Assembly: GCF_006345805.1 (NCBI RefSeq)
Contig: NC_042997.1
Span: forward strand, 188,046,001 to 188,110,000
Length of the DNA: 64,000 bases
Direction: 5' to 3'
Source: Octopus sinensis
Taxonomy: Eukaryota
Of the stretch, positions 50,213-63,342 are shown piece after piece. The notes beneath the pieces are model-generated. The model made no database searches, was not told the DNA's origin, and worked only from the letters and a program-made list of their open reading frames with translations. Each line of letters starts with the position of its first letter. Position 1 is the first letter of the stretch. The translations under genes and the position numbers were made by a program.

Positions 50213-52503
50213 TATGTCTATACAAGAAGCTTTATCAAGACAAATACTGCAATTTTGTGGCTTTTGATAATATATCCATGTTAATTAAGATATATAGGAT
50301 GCTATTCTAAACCAAAACTACTTCCATTGCTAATAACAAAATTTTACCCTCAATCTTTAATTTTTTTATTACAATGCAGCTCCATGTCATCATTGCCTAA
50401 CCTAAACTCTATTGACCGTTGCAAGGTTTATGCTACAAAAAAAAAAAAATTACAGAACAATATCATGTCAATTCAAGAGACAAAATATAATAAATTTGAT
50501 TTCAATAATTTACCACGTATGCTATTTAATATACCCTTATTCATCTTTGTCATTCAAATAAATCTGCCACTGGCCACTCTGAGTTATTTCTCATAGCTCA
50601 TTTTTATTTCAATTATGGAAATTACAGAGACCATAAATATGTTCTACTCTCTCTCACTCTTAAGTATTTTTGTGTCTCATTTGCTGAAGATAAGGTAGGA
50701 TAATTACTGAGCTAATTTATTTTATTTATGCAAATTACCTAGGCCAGTCCTTCTCAGTTTTTTAAAACTATTGCTATTTTCTTTCATTAACACTTTTTCA
50801 ACACCCACATGCTATGATTCAATATCTCTCCACCTCATTTAAAAAATTGTAATGGACATACATGTAGCATCAGTCAGGCCAGAGTAATTTGGTTCTTGGT
50901 GCTAATTTGACATACATACACACACACACAAACATGTATGTATATATATATATATATATATATATACAGCACTGATATTTTATCCTGACCTTTGCCATCA
51001 GCCATCTCATTGGATGCTAACCCTAGGCCAAATTGCAACTTGGATATTGTGCCATCTCTTAGTGAATTGTTTTGACTGTTGTACTCAATCTCACCACCTC
51101 AATTTCACTTGACCTGAACTCTCCATGCTTCATCAACTCTGTCACCTATATGATATTATGGTCAAACTCACAAAATATGATACAGTAGCTATATGATGGA
51201 TGAACCTCAACAAAGATTGATGATTACATTAATTGAATAACCCTCTTTTTTACCAACCTCTGCCATCTGACTTCACCCTTACCTTCTGGTGTCCATTACA
51301 GTCAAAGATCTTATTCCATTATTCTCCCTCCATTTCACTGCTATTAACCTTAATGTCCGTACCCCATCATCTATTTCTTTCTTAACCCTAACCCTAACCC
51401 AAATAACCTTTTCTACCCCATCATTTCATCTGCTCTTCCTCAATCATTTCTAAACACCTTTATAGGATTCTCATACCTTCAGTTACTGTATTTCTCTCCC
51501 ATATTCATGATCCTAATCACACACTTAACTTCTTTCTTCTCCCCTCAGTTTTCCAACTCTCCTTTTCATTTTAGTTATGAAATGTCAATGCACTGTCATC
51601 TCACATGATGTTCTTGTTAGACCATTGCACTGGCCTTGAGCTTGTTTTCTTCGGTGCATGTGTATATAGATGCATTAATGCACACATCATCTCACCTTAC
51701 ACCAACACGCACACCTGAAGCCAACTACCCTTAAATATATTTCTCTTCATTGTAACACAACCACATGCTCACATCACACATAGACAGCCCTTATCTATCA
51801 CACATTAATTTTATATACATCCATACTACTGCATAAACTTATTGTATTACATATATGCATAAGTATAACCATGTGAGTCTATATTTGTATATATGTTTTC
51901 ATTCTTAACTCAATGCATTATATAACAAGAATGACTATTGCATACATGGACACATGAACTTTATATTCATTTTTCAATACATATTAGAAGCTATTTAGCA
52001 TCTATATAAATGACAGCATTGCACATTTAATAACTCTACACAAACAATGATATTTTGAGCTTCTTTGCTGTTTTCCAAAACCATCTCCCTCTTATTCTCT
52101 CTCTCTCTCTCCACCATTCTTTCCCTCTTTGCATCATCTTTCTTTCCTTTTCCCTCTCTTTTTGCTTTTTTCTCCCTCTTTTTCCCACTTGTTCTTTTTC
52201 TCTCTTTCATTCCTCTTTCTACTAAACTTACTCTCACTATGGTCCAAATTGTTGTTTCCACATCCTAGTATCCCAACCACAACTTACTTTCATACACAAA
52301 ATCTGTGATGTAAACATTGTAAGTTCAGTGGTGTTTTTGTTTCTTTCTCTCTTACTTCTCATACCTTTCCCTTCTTTTATTAACAGTATAAATTGAAACA
52401 TTAAATCCACTATTATTCCCTTCATTGGCATATGTACACACACATGTATGTCTATATTCATACACATACACACACATATATAAGGATGATGATGAAATAT
52501 TTT

Positions 52504-52537
<34 letters not shown>

Positions 52538-53849
52538 AGTGTGTACATTTATCTCTGTTTCTAGCTATAATATATATATGTACAGGGTTGGCCAAAAGTC
52601 ACCCGACAGTAAATCAAAATTCCATAAATGTTTAATACACAATTTTATTTATTCATTCTAATTATGAATGTTTAATAATTGATTGCTGTGAGTTAAAATT
52701 ACCATTTTTTTTTCAACATTTGTCTATTTATTAGCAAAGTCTCATATAAAATAATTTTTTGTTTTAATCTTGGATTTAAATGGTTTCGATTTACTGTCAT
52801 GTGACTTTACTGTCATGTGTATTTAGAGGTGTGTGTGTATGTATATATATATATTTGTATGCATATATATACATATATAGTTGTTAAAGAATCTATAAGT
52901 TAAAAAATTAGGCACTTGTATATATGTCAATAGAGTGGGTATATTAAAGTATACAGTTTTACAGATCCATTACAGTCAATATTACCATCAGTTTTGCAAA
53001 AGATATTAGGTAACTCAGATGATTATCTAATAACCATACTCATCAGAATGGCTGGTATGGAAAAAAATTTGCCACTGCATTCTGTTACTGGAGGTAGGAA
53101 GTGACATATCCAGTTTGTTGGTGTGTGAGAAAGATGAAACAAAGACACAGGAGGCAATTAAGAGATGGGATCCATCTAGACTTATATCTCTTTCCTCCAA
53201 AATTCTAAGTTACTAGTGAATGCCAGCAAAATTGAGTTTAGGTGTGGGCAGTGTGAGGTTGAAATATATGGAGGGATGGTTTTGGAGGCAGATGACCAAA
53301 CCTATAACATCACCTGTGGTACATATGTGTATGGTTTGGTGTGGTTAGAACTTTACTGGAGTATCAGTTTGTGATGGTAGAAGGACCAATAGCGGAGATT
53401 CTAGTGTTTATAATCATGATAGACCAGTAGATAAGCAATTGTATTTTCTTTCATGCAGGCTCAAGCAAAAATCTTGCTGTCACAGCTTAGACAGGTGTCT
53501 GCATAAAGAGAGTTTTTTGATACTACAACTCTTTTCTTAACGAGGTATAGCTTGTACTTTCTGCTAACTGTTGAAACATTGTCTCTGTTGATGCCAATAT
53601 CAAGGTGGGGTGGGTGGGAATCAAATGGCCATGCACTCAGTAATCTTAGGAAGGACCTAAAGCATAACTTGACTTCTCTTGATGTCAAGGTTACATAAGA
53701 AACCAACATGAAGACAGTTGATTTTTTTTTAATGTGACTTTAGACTTGGAATCTGGTGACTACAGACCGTTTAGGAAGTTGAATGAATGATTGACTTGCA
53801 TTAGCACAGTTTCCTGTCATCCAGCCATAATGTTTGATTTGGGATAAGC

Positions 53850-54070
53850 AGGCATGCTTGCTGAGGCAGCATGGGAAAGTAGGCTGACAAAGGCTGATTG
53901 TAGTCCCCTTGTTTTTTCTCCTTGTCTTCAAGGTTAGTTCAGTAGGCGTCTTCAAAGAAGCTGTTACCAGGTAGACAGTGAGATGCCAAGCTTCAAAGTC
54001 AGCAGCACTGGAGGTGAGAAATGTGGCAGGCGCTGAGGGATTTCATTAAGGAGGTCCTTGCACCTCTTCT
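53850..54070 (-). pseudogene. RTE-BovB-like C-terminal remnant
   Basis: Minus translation SLMKSLSACHISH...SFFEDAY*TNLEDK resembles BovB ORF ends. Confidence 0.55.
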
Positions 54071-54389
54071 TTGGTGCTCCTCTATTACAGTAACCAAAGA
54101 AAAGTTTGCCTTACAGCATGATCTTGAGAAGTTGATGCACACACACATACATATATATATATATACAACACACATACATGTATATATAAATATACATATA
54201 TATATGAGTAAGTGCGTATTATGATTTCATTTAAGTATAAAGATTCCAATAAACAGTTGTTAGAATTCAATATATTTGTGCTTTAGTGTAAAGCATCAGG
54301 AGAGTTCAGAGCATCATTTTAATTAATAAATGACCAGGACCTATATAATCACCTTCGAGACCTATTGAGTCAAGTACATCAACATCAAA

Positions 54390-54740
54390 ATAAAAATCAA
54401 ATGGAAATTGTAGTTGTGATACCCGTGCCAGTGGCATGTAAAAAGCACCATCTAAACGTAGCCAATGCCAGCGTTGCCTTGACTGGCTTCTGTACTGGTG
54501 GCACGCAAAAAGTACAACCAATCGTGGCTGTTGCCAGCCTCCTCTGGCCCCTGTGCCGGTGGCACGTAAAAAGCACCCACTACACTCACATAGTGGTTGG
54601 TGTTAGGAAGGGCATCCAGCTGTAGAAACACTGCCAGATCAGACTGGAGCTTGGTGCAGCCTCCTGGCTTCCCAGACCCCGGTCGAACCGTCCAACCCAT
54701 GCTAGCATGGAAAACAGACATTAAACGATGATGATGATTT
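54390..54740 (+). mobile_element. RTE 3'UTR/tail copy
   Basis: Conserved terminus and (gat)n tail. Confidence 0.85.
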
Positions 54741-56138
54741 GCATATAGCTGTTTCTACTACAAGAGGCAGTGAACTCAGAGTTGAGAGCTTGTGCAACAT
54801 CCTATAGCTTCCCCAAAGGCTCCCTATATTTGGAGTAGATTGGAAAGAAGTTTGTTATATCAAAAAATTACAGAGTACTCAAGTTTTGATATAATAAACT
54901 TACATATATGTACACACACACACACACACACACACATTCATATATTGTAATAATGAAACCAAAGCAAATAGTGGATATTTTGAAATCATTTTATTATGAA
55001 TGTTTAAAGCCTGCATAAAATATAATAGGAAGTTCATCCATTAGAGAAGAACTTCCTCAGTTAAATATTTTGAAATGTTTTAAAAGAGGAAGGTCTTATG
55101 TAATGGATGCATTTCCTATTATATATTACACAAGCCTAAAACATGTGTATTAAATGATTTCAAAATATCACTATTTGGTTTGACTTATATGACTTGATTC
55201 CAGCACAAACTAGTCAGTCCATTCATGTGGAGACCCTAACAATTTTGAGTAGTTCTATTTGACTCAAGTTGAAAATTCTGGTATCATGCACCACTTTGTA
55301 GCATAACACGATATATTCACATGGTGTCTCAATCAACTGTTAACAAAGCAAAACACACACACAGACAAAAAAAAAAAATACCAACTTACTCCCAGAAACA
55401 AAACAGCCCTCAACCTCAGTGAGAGTCCCAATGCAGCCACTGAAGAGACATCAAACTAGAATCACTTGGCCTTTGCTATGCCACCTGCTACACCAACTGT
55501 AGCAGCTCACAGCAAGTGCTGGGCATTCTGGAGTTGTCTGCTGGTTCCCCCTAACCATGCAATCCAAGTGTGTTTAAATGAGGACAGGTAGGCAGCCTTA
55601 TGAGGTTAGTTGGATCGCAAATCATGCAGTTCTTTCAAGTCATACCAGACATAAACTGACTCCTTCTCCTCATGTAAGATACTTTTACCTGATGTCTTCG
55701 TACACCACACATCTCATAGTGGATTTCACCATCTTGAGCTGTTTGATAATAGCCCTCATTGACTTACTGGATTGTTGTTGATGAAATCCTAGACTTGGAT
55801 GAATTCAGCTGATTTTAGATTATCTGACTGCTAAATGTTTATCATCAGGAGAAATGTTTATTTCTCTTAGTAATAGATACCAGAAGAGGTATTCAGCACT
55901 TTCTTGATCCAGGTCATGAAAGTCTTAACTACATTCAAGAAGCTAGTGATCTCCATGTCACTATGGTTTGTGGTTAGAGCCATGAGCACAGTGTGTCTTC
56001 TCATTTCTTGGATAATATTGCAATCTGCAATGCTGATGTTGTCTCTGTCCAAAAGAGAAGCAAAAAGTTAAAATTTGGTACATGGTGCGTAACATCACAT
56101 AAGGACATCTTCCACTCTAATACTTTGTACACCATGTA

Positions 56139-57013
56139 TATGGTCTGATCAATAAATATCCAGACTGCTGCTATAGTAATGAAGCTAAAACACACAGAGT
56201 GAAACTGCTCGGCACAGACTGACCTTGAACTCTGCTGTGCATGTACACAAAGTTTTAACTTTCTAGCTAACTTCCACTGTTTACAGCAGTGCTTGGAAGG
56301 GAGGTGTGTAGCGTGTGATCATCGCATTGACCATGACAGTGAAAGTTGACAAAGAATCGGCATCAAATTCTGCCAAAAGCTTGGCAATACCTGCTCAGAG
56401 ACCTATGCAGAGTTTTCAGAAAGTTTTCCTCATTCTCAACACAATCAAGGAGATCTTGTGCAGCTGAAACCTGAGTGTCTTTTTGGTCAACTAAAAGTAG
56501 TTTTGACACAAATTGGCAGACCCAAATCTTCAGTGATAATGGACTTAACTGAACTGTAACTAATCTGCACATCCTCTGATAATTTAGGGATGGTGATTCA
56601 ACAATTTCCCCTCACAGCTGTATGCACATGTTTTTCTTACTTCTGCTAGTTGCAGATCTCCCAGAACATTTGTCACTATCGACATTTTTTCAACCATCTT
56701 GGAACTGTCTGAATAACTCATACACTTGTGTGCAGCTCATACACTACTCTTCATATACTTTCTGCAACCTTGCGTAAGCCTCTGAGCAGGTATCACCATG
56801 ACATTTTTCTCTGTCATGGTCAATGCGACAATCACATGCTACACACCTTCCTTCCAAGCACTGCTGTAAACAAAGGAAGTGAGCTAGAATGTTAAACCTT
56901 AGTGCACATGCACAGCAGAGTTCAAGGTCAATCTGTGCCAAGCAGCTTTACTCTGTGTGCTTTAGTTTCGTTACTGTGGCAACAATCCGGATTCTTATTG
57001 ATCAAATTGTGTA
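56139..57013. mobile_element. fold-back mariner derivative with ~280-bp inverted arms
   Basis: Both arms carry TIR-like (t)ggtctgatcaataa and transposase N-terminus (QRIGIKFCQKLGNTCSETY) in opposite orientations. Confidence 0.75.
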
Positions 57014-57096
57014 TACATACATATGTACATACATAAGGACATTCATACATATATTTGTGTGTATATATCACACAAACACAGATATATCTAAAGATG

Positions 57097-57495
57097 TGCA
57101 GGAGTAGTAAGAAGCTTGCTTCCCAACCACATGGTTCCAAGGTTCAGTTCCACTGTGTGGCACCTTGGGTAAGTGTCTTCTACTATAGCTGCGGGCTGAC
57201 CAAAGCCTTGTGAGTGAATTTGGTAGACAGAAACTGAAAGAAGCCCATTATATACATACATACATGTATGTATATGTGTATGTATGTATTTGTGTGTCTG
57301 TGCTTGTCACCCCACCATTGCTTCACAACTAATGCTAGTGTGTTTACGTCCTCATAACTTAGTGGTTCAGCAAAAGAGACCAATAGAATAAGTACTAGGC
57401 TTACAAAGAATAAGTTCTGGGGTTGATTTGTTTGATTAAAAGTGGGGCTCCAGCATGGCTGCAGTCAAATGACTAAAACAAGTAAAAGAATAAAC
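57097..57495 (+). mobile_element. SINE family A
   Basis: Similarity to other copies. Confidence 0.85.
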
Positions 57496-57777
57496 GAATA
57501 TAGAAAATAAGTGTTTTCGTAACATAATTATTTCTATCATTACCAATAATTCTAGATCGTTAGTACCAGCAAACTTTTTCTTTCTATGAATAAAATCCAT
57601 TTGGTTTTGTTGTGTAATTTAGTGCAATGTTTTTCATTGTTCTCACCATATTTTCCTGAGAGAAATAATTACTTAAAATATACTAAATATTCAACATCAA
57701 AGAATAGAAATATGCTCAGTGAACTAACTTTGTAAATAGTTTTATTTTTTAATTTATATCCATTTCATTTTAGTTAT

Positions 57778-60700
57778 CATCATCATCATCATCATCATTT
57801 AACGTCCGCTTTCCATGCTAGCATGGGTTGGACGGTTCAACTGGGGTCTGGGGTGCTCGAAAGCTGCACCAGTCCAGTCAGATCTGGCAGTGTTTCTACA
57901 GCTGGATGCCCTTCCTAACGCCAACCACTCCGAGAGTGTAGTGGGTGATTTTATGTGCCACTGACACAGATGCCAGATGAGGCTGGCAAACGGCCACGCT
58001 CGGATGGTGTTTTTTATGTGCCACCGACACAGGTGCCAGACGAGGCTGGCAGACGGCCACGCTCGGATGGTGTTTTTTATGTGCCACCGACACAGGTGCC
58101 AGACGAGGCTGGCAGACGGCCACGCTCGGATGGTGTTTTTATGTGCCACCGACACAGGTGCCAGACGAGGCTGGCAGACGGCCACGCTCGGATGGTGTTT
58201 TTATGTGCCACCGACACAGGTGCCAGATGAGGCTGGCAAACGGCCACGATCGGATGGTGCTTGTTACGTACCCACAGCACGGAGGCCAGTCGATGCGGTA
58301 CTGGCTACGGCCACGTTCGGATGGTTTTCTTATGTGCCCCGTGCCACCGGCACTGGTACCACAAAGATACAAATTCCATTGATGTTCATCTATTTTGATT
58401 TGTTTTGATTTTCACTTGCCTCAGCAGGTCTTCACAAGTGTCACAAGAAGGAAGGTATGCACAGGTGGACTGACTATGTCCCAGGTAGGGGCCATGGGTT
58501 ATGGCCTGACTAGTCTTGCCGGGTCTTCGGATGGTATATTGTTGATAGGGCTATTAGACAAAAGAAACAGGCTTGGAAGGCCTGGAAGAACGGTGGTAGC
58601 AGGGAAGTGTATCAGACTGCCAGAAGGGAAGCTAGGAGACAGGTCTATCTAGCCAGAGGGGAAGCAGATAAAAGAAAATTTGCCAATGTCCTGCGCCGTG
58701 AGGATGAAAGACTTGAGGTATTTCGTGTTGCAAGACAGTGTGTGAGAGAGAATCGAGATGTGGTAGGAGAGAAATGTGTTCGCATGGAGGATGGTTCACT
58801 TGCGCTAAATGAGGATGCAAAGAGAGAAGCTTGGAGACGCCACTATGAAAGGTTGCTGAATGAGGAAAATGAATGGGATAAAGAGAGTCTGCCGAATGTT
58901 GACCCAACAGAGGGACCAGCTATCCGAGTTGATAGTTCCGTGGTAGCTAAGGCAATTAGAAGCATGAAGACAGGGAAAGCCCCAGGCCCATCAGGAATTA
59001 CTGCAGAGATGCTCAAAATATCTGGTAGTGTCAGCTATAGCATAGTCACCCGTATAGTTAACCAGTGATACACTGAAGGAGTCATACCCAATGACTGGTG
59101 TAGCAGCATAATAGTCAACTGCTACAAAGGTAAAGGCGATGCCCTAGATACAAATAACTACAGGGGCATCAAGCTGTTGGATCAGGTAATGAAGGTTACG
59201 GAGAGGGTTATAGCCCAGTTAATTAGAGAGAGAGTTAGCTTAGATGATATACAGTTTGGGTTCGTGCCAGGGAAAAGTACTACTGATGCTATATTCCTGG
59301 TAAGACAGCTGCAGGAGAAATACCTAGCCAAAGGTAAGCCCTTGTACCTGGCTCTTGTTGACTTAGAGAAAGCCTTTGACAGGGTCCCCCGATCCCTTAT
59401 CTGGTGGTCAATGAGGAAACTAGGGATAGATGAATGGTTAGTGAGAGCTGTGCAAGCCATGTACAGAGACGCAGCTAGTAAGGTGAGGGTTGGCAACGAG
59501 TACAGTGAAGAATTCCGGGTAGAGGTTGGGGTCCACCAAGGTTCAGTCCTCAGCCCCCTCCTATTTATCATAGTCCTCCAGGCAATAACGGAAGAATTTA
59601 AGACAGGATGCCCCTGGGAGCTCCTATATGCTGATGACCTTGCTCTAATTGCTGAGTCACTATCAGAACTGGAGGAGAAGTTTCAGGTGTGGAAACAAGG
59701 ATTAGAATCGAAGGGCCTTAGAATCAACCTAGCCAAAACCAAAGTCCTAATAAGTAGGAAGGTGGACCAACCACAAACGACTTCAGGTAGATGGCCCTGC
59801 TCGATCTGTAAAAAAGGTGTAGGTAGAAACTCTATAAGGTGCACCAAGTGTAAGCTATGGACACATAAGAGGTGCAGCAATGTCAAAGGAAGGCTAACTA
59901 AGAAAATAGTTTTTGTCTGTGGCAGATGCTCAGGAGAAATGAACACTGGAAATGTGCAGAGACCAACTTCTACCACGTTCCAGGGAGACAAACTAGAAGT
60001 AGTTGATAGCTTCCGCTACCTAGGAGACCAAGTCAGTAGCGGGGGTGGGTGTGCTGAAAGTGTAACTGCTAGAGTAAGAATAGCCTGGGCAAAGTTTAGA
60101 GAGCTCTTACCCCTGCTGGTGACAAAAGGCCTCTCGCTAAGAGTAAAAGGCAGACTATATGATGCGTGTGTACGTACAGCCATGCTACATGGTAGTGAAA
60201 CATGGGCCGTGACAGCTGAGGATATGCGTAAGCTTGCAAGAAATGAAGCCAGTATGCTCCGATGGATGTGTAATGTCAGTGTTCATAATCGTCAGAGTGT
60301 AAGTACTTTGAGAGAAAAGTTGAACCTAAGAAGTGTCAGTTGTGGTGTGCAAGAGAGACGGCTGCGCTGGTATGGTCATGTGACGAGAATGGCTGAAGAT
60401 AGTTGTGTGCAAAAGTGCTACACCCTAGCAGTTGAGGGAACCTGTGGAAGAGGTAGACCCAGGAAAACCTGGGACGAGGTGGTGAAGCACGACCTTCGAA
60501 CTTTAGGTCTCACCAAGGAAATGACTGAAGACCGAGTCCTATGGAAGTGTGCTGTGCATGAGAGGACCCGGCAGGACTAGTCAGCCATATCCCGTGGCCC
60601 CTACCTGGGACGTAGTCGATCCACCTGTGCATACCTTCCTTCTTGTGACACTTGTGAAGACCTGCTGAGGCAAGTGAAAATCAATCAAAATAGATGAACA

Positions 60701-62327
60701 TCAATGGAATTTGTATCTTGTGGTACCAGTGCCTGTGGGACACAAGAAAACCATCCGAACGTGGCCGTAGCCAGTACCGCATCGACTGGCCTCCGTGCTG
60801 TGGGAACATGGTGGCACATAAAAACACCATCCGAAGACCCGGCAAGACTAGTCAGGTCATAACCCGTGGGCCCTACCTGGGACGTAGTCAGTCCACCTGT
60901 ACATACCTTCCTTCTTGTGACACTTGTGAAGACCTGCTGAGGCAAGTGAAAATCAAATCAAATCAAAACAAATCAAAATAGATGAACATCAATGGAATTT
61001 GTATCCTTGTGGTACCAGTGCCGGTGGCACACAAGAATCCATCCGAACGTGGCCATAGTCAGTACCGCTTGTGGTACCAGTGCCGGTGGCACACAAGAAT
61101 CCATCCGAACGTGGCCGTAGTCAGTACCGCATCACTGGCCATCGTGCTGTGGGCACATAACAAACACCATCCGGTCGTGGCCGGTACCAGTGCCGGTGGC
61201 ACACAAGAATCCATCCGAACATGGCCGTAGTCAGTACCGCATCACTGGCCATCGTGCTGTGGGCACATAACAAACACCATCCGGTCGTGGCCGTTCGCCA
61301 GCCTCATCTAGCACCTGTGTCGGTGGCACATAAAAACACCTTCCGAAGACCCGGCAAGACTAGTCAGGCCATAAACCATGGCCCCTACCTGGGACGTAGT
61401 CAGTCCACCTGTGCATACCTTCCTCCTTGTGATACTTGTGAAGGCCTGTTGAGGCAAGTGAAAATCAAAATCAAATCAAATCAAAACAAATCAAAATAGA
61501 TGAACATCAATGGAATTTGTATCTTTGTGGTACCAGTGCCGGTGGCACACAAGAGAAAACCATCCGAAAGTGGCCGTAGCCAGTACCGCATCGACTGGCC
61601 TCCGTGCTGTGGGCACATGACAAACACCATCCGATCGTGGCCGTTCGCCAGCCTCATCTAGCACCTGTGTCGGTGGCACATAAAAACACCATCCGAAGAC
61701 CCGGCAAGACTAGTCAGGCCATAACCCATGGCCCCTACCTGGGACGTAGTCAGTCCACCTGTGCATACCTTCCTTCTTGTGACACTTGTGAAGACCTGTT
61801 GAGGCAAGTGAAAATCAAAACAAATCAAAATAGATGAACATCAATGGAATCTGTATCTTTGTGGTACCAGTGCCGGTGGCACACACTTTGTGGTACTAGT
61901 GCCGGTGGCACACAAGAGAACCATCCGAACGTGGCCGTAGCCAGTTCCGCATCGACCGGCCTCCGTGCTGTGGGCACGTAACAAACACCATCCGATCATG
62001 GCCGTTCGCCAGCCTCATCTGGCACCTGTGTCGGTGGCACATAAAAACACCTTCCGAAGACCTGGCAAGACTAGTCAGTCCACCTGTGCATACCTTCCTT
62101 CTTGTGACACTTGTGAAGACCGGTTGAGGCAAGTGAAAATCAAATCAAATCAAAATAGACAAAATAGATGAACATCAATGGAATTTGTATCTTGTGGTAC
62201 CAGTGCCTGTGGCACACAAGAAATCCATCAGTGCTGTTGTCAGTGCGGTGGGCACATGACAAACACCATCCGATCGTGGCCGTTCGCCAGCCTCATCTAG
62301 CACCTGTGTCGGTGGCACATAAAAAAA
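57778..62327. mobile_element. single RTE insertion with 5' inversion and tandemly amplified 3'UTR
   Basis: Minus-strand tail segment 57778-58535 joined to plus-strand ORF+UTR segment 58536-62327; candidate TSD agttat at 57772-57777 and 62328-62333. Confidence 0.8.
58538..60580 (+). pseudogene. 5'-truncated RTE ORF (RT + PHD finger), one internal stop
   Basis: Same frame throughout; GKAPGPSG, YRGIKLL, QFGF, VDLEKAFD, HQGSVLSP, YADD, RRLRWYGHV; TGA at 59066-59068. Confidence 0.93.
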
Positions 62328-62861
62328 AGTTATATGACCAGAAAAAAATATTTCAACACTAAGTAATTTCATTTCCCTTCTGTAAATCAAAGATTTAGAA
62401 AATATTATTCAACTTGAGACCATACTATTCATCTTGCTAAGCAAGCAGGTGATCTTCAAGATTTGAGAGTATTGCCATTATTGCTGTTGTTGTTATTTAA
62501 CCCTGAGTTAGCACTGATTGACCAGACTATGATGAGATACATTTTGGTCATAACCACAGTGTCAGTACTTCTGGGTCCACAATATCCAGTATATATTTCC
62601 TCAGATGGTAGTGTATAATGTGAGAGAGTGAGATTTGGTTACTATTTCTAGTAGGTTGAGTAGCTAGACAGAAGCTCAGGAGGCATAAAAATCCTCTTCC
62701 CTGTTTTTCATATTTGACAGAATATTTATTCATATTGATTCCTTCATGGAACTACATCAAGTTAATAACTATGATTGGTTTTTTATTACCCATGGAGGTA
62801 AGGTAATATTTCCCCATGGTTAGACATGTCCTCACAGAACATAGAAGATCATTTCAGTTTG

Positions 62862-63031
62862 AGGAGTGGCTGTGTGGTAAGTAGCTTGCATACAAACCAC
62901 ATGGTTCCGGGTTCAGTCCCACTGCGTGGCACCTTGGGCAAGTGTCTTCTACTAAAGCCTCAGGCCGACCAAAACCTTGTGAGTGGATTTGGAAGACAGA
63001 AACTGAAAGAAGCCCATTGTATATATGTGCA

Positions 63032-63081
<50 letters not shown>

Positions 63082-63342
63082 TACTCTTGGAGTGGTTGGC
63101 GTTAGGAAGGGCACCCAGCTGTAGAAACTCTGCCAGATCAAGATTGGAGCCTGGTGCAGCCATTTGGTTTGCCAGTCCTCAGTCAAAATCGTCCAACCCA
63201 TGCTAGCATGGAAAGCGGACGTTAACCGATGATGATGATGATGATGATTATATATATATATAAGTCCTGGGGTCGATTTGCTTGACTAAAGGTGGTGCTC
63301 CAGCATGGCCACAGTCAATTGACTGAAACAAGTAAAAGAGTA
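62862..63342 (+). mobile_element. SINE family A interrupted by an RTE tail fragment (about 63083-63250)
   Basis: Head at 62862, RTE terminus with (gat)n inside, SINE tail resumes at aagtcctggggtcg. Confidence 0.8.

Noticed and set aside
50990-51340. Possible Penelope RT C-terminal remnant (ITVKDLIPLFS)
   Set aside because: Similarity too weak to support without a profile search
51380-51405. Telomere-like ccctaaccctaaccc
   Set aside because: Only about 2.5 units; too short to indicate an interstitial telomere
55860-56135. Possible Tc1/mariner-superfamily N-terminal remnant (QEMRRHTVLMAL...)
   Set aside because: Short, with no catalytic motif or confirmed second TIR
57950-58260. CRISPR-like appearance of the ~61-bp repeats (also 23960-24175 and the 1411-1605 minisatellite)
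   Set aside because: Contiguous tandem units without unique spacers, inside a eukaryotic LINE 3'UTR; no cas genes
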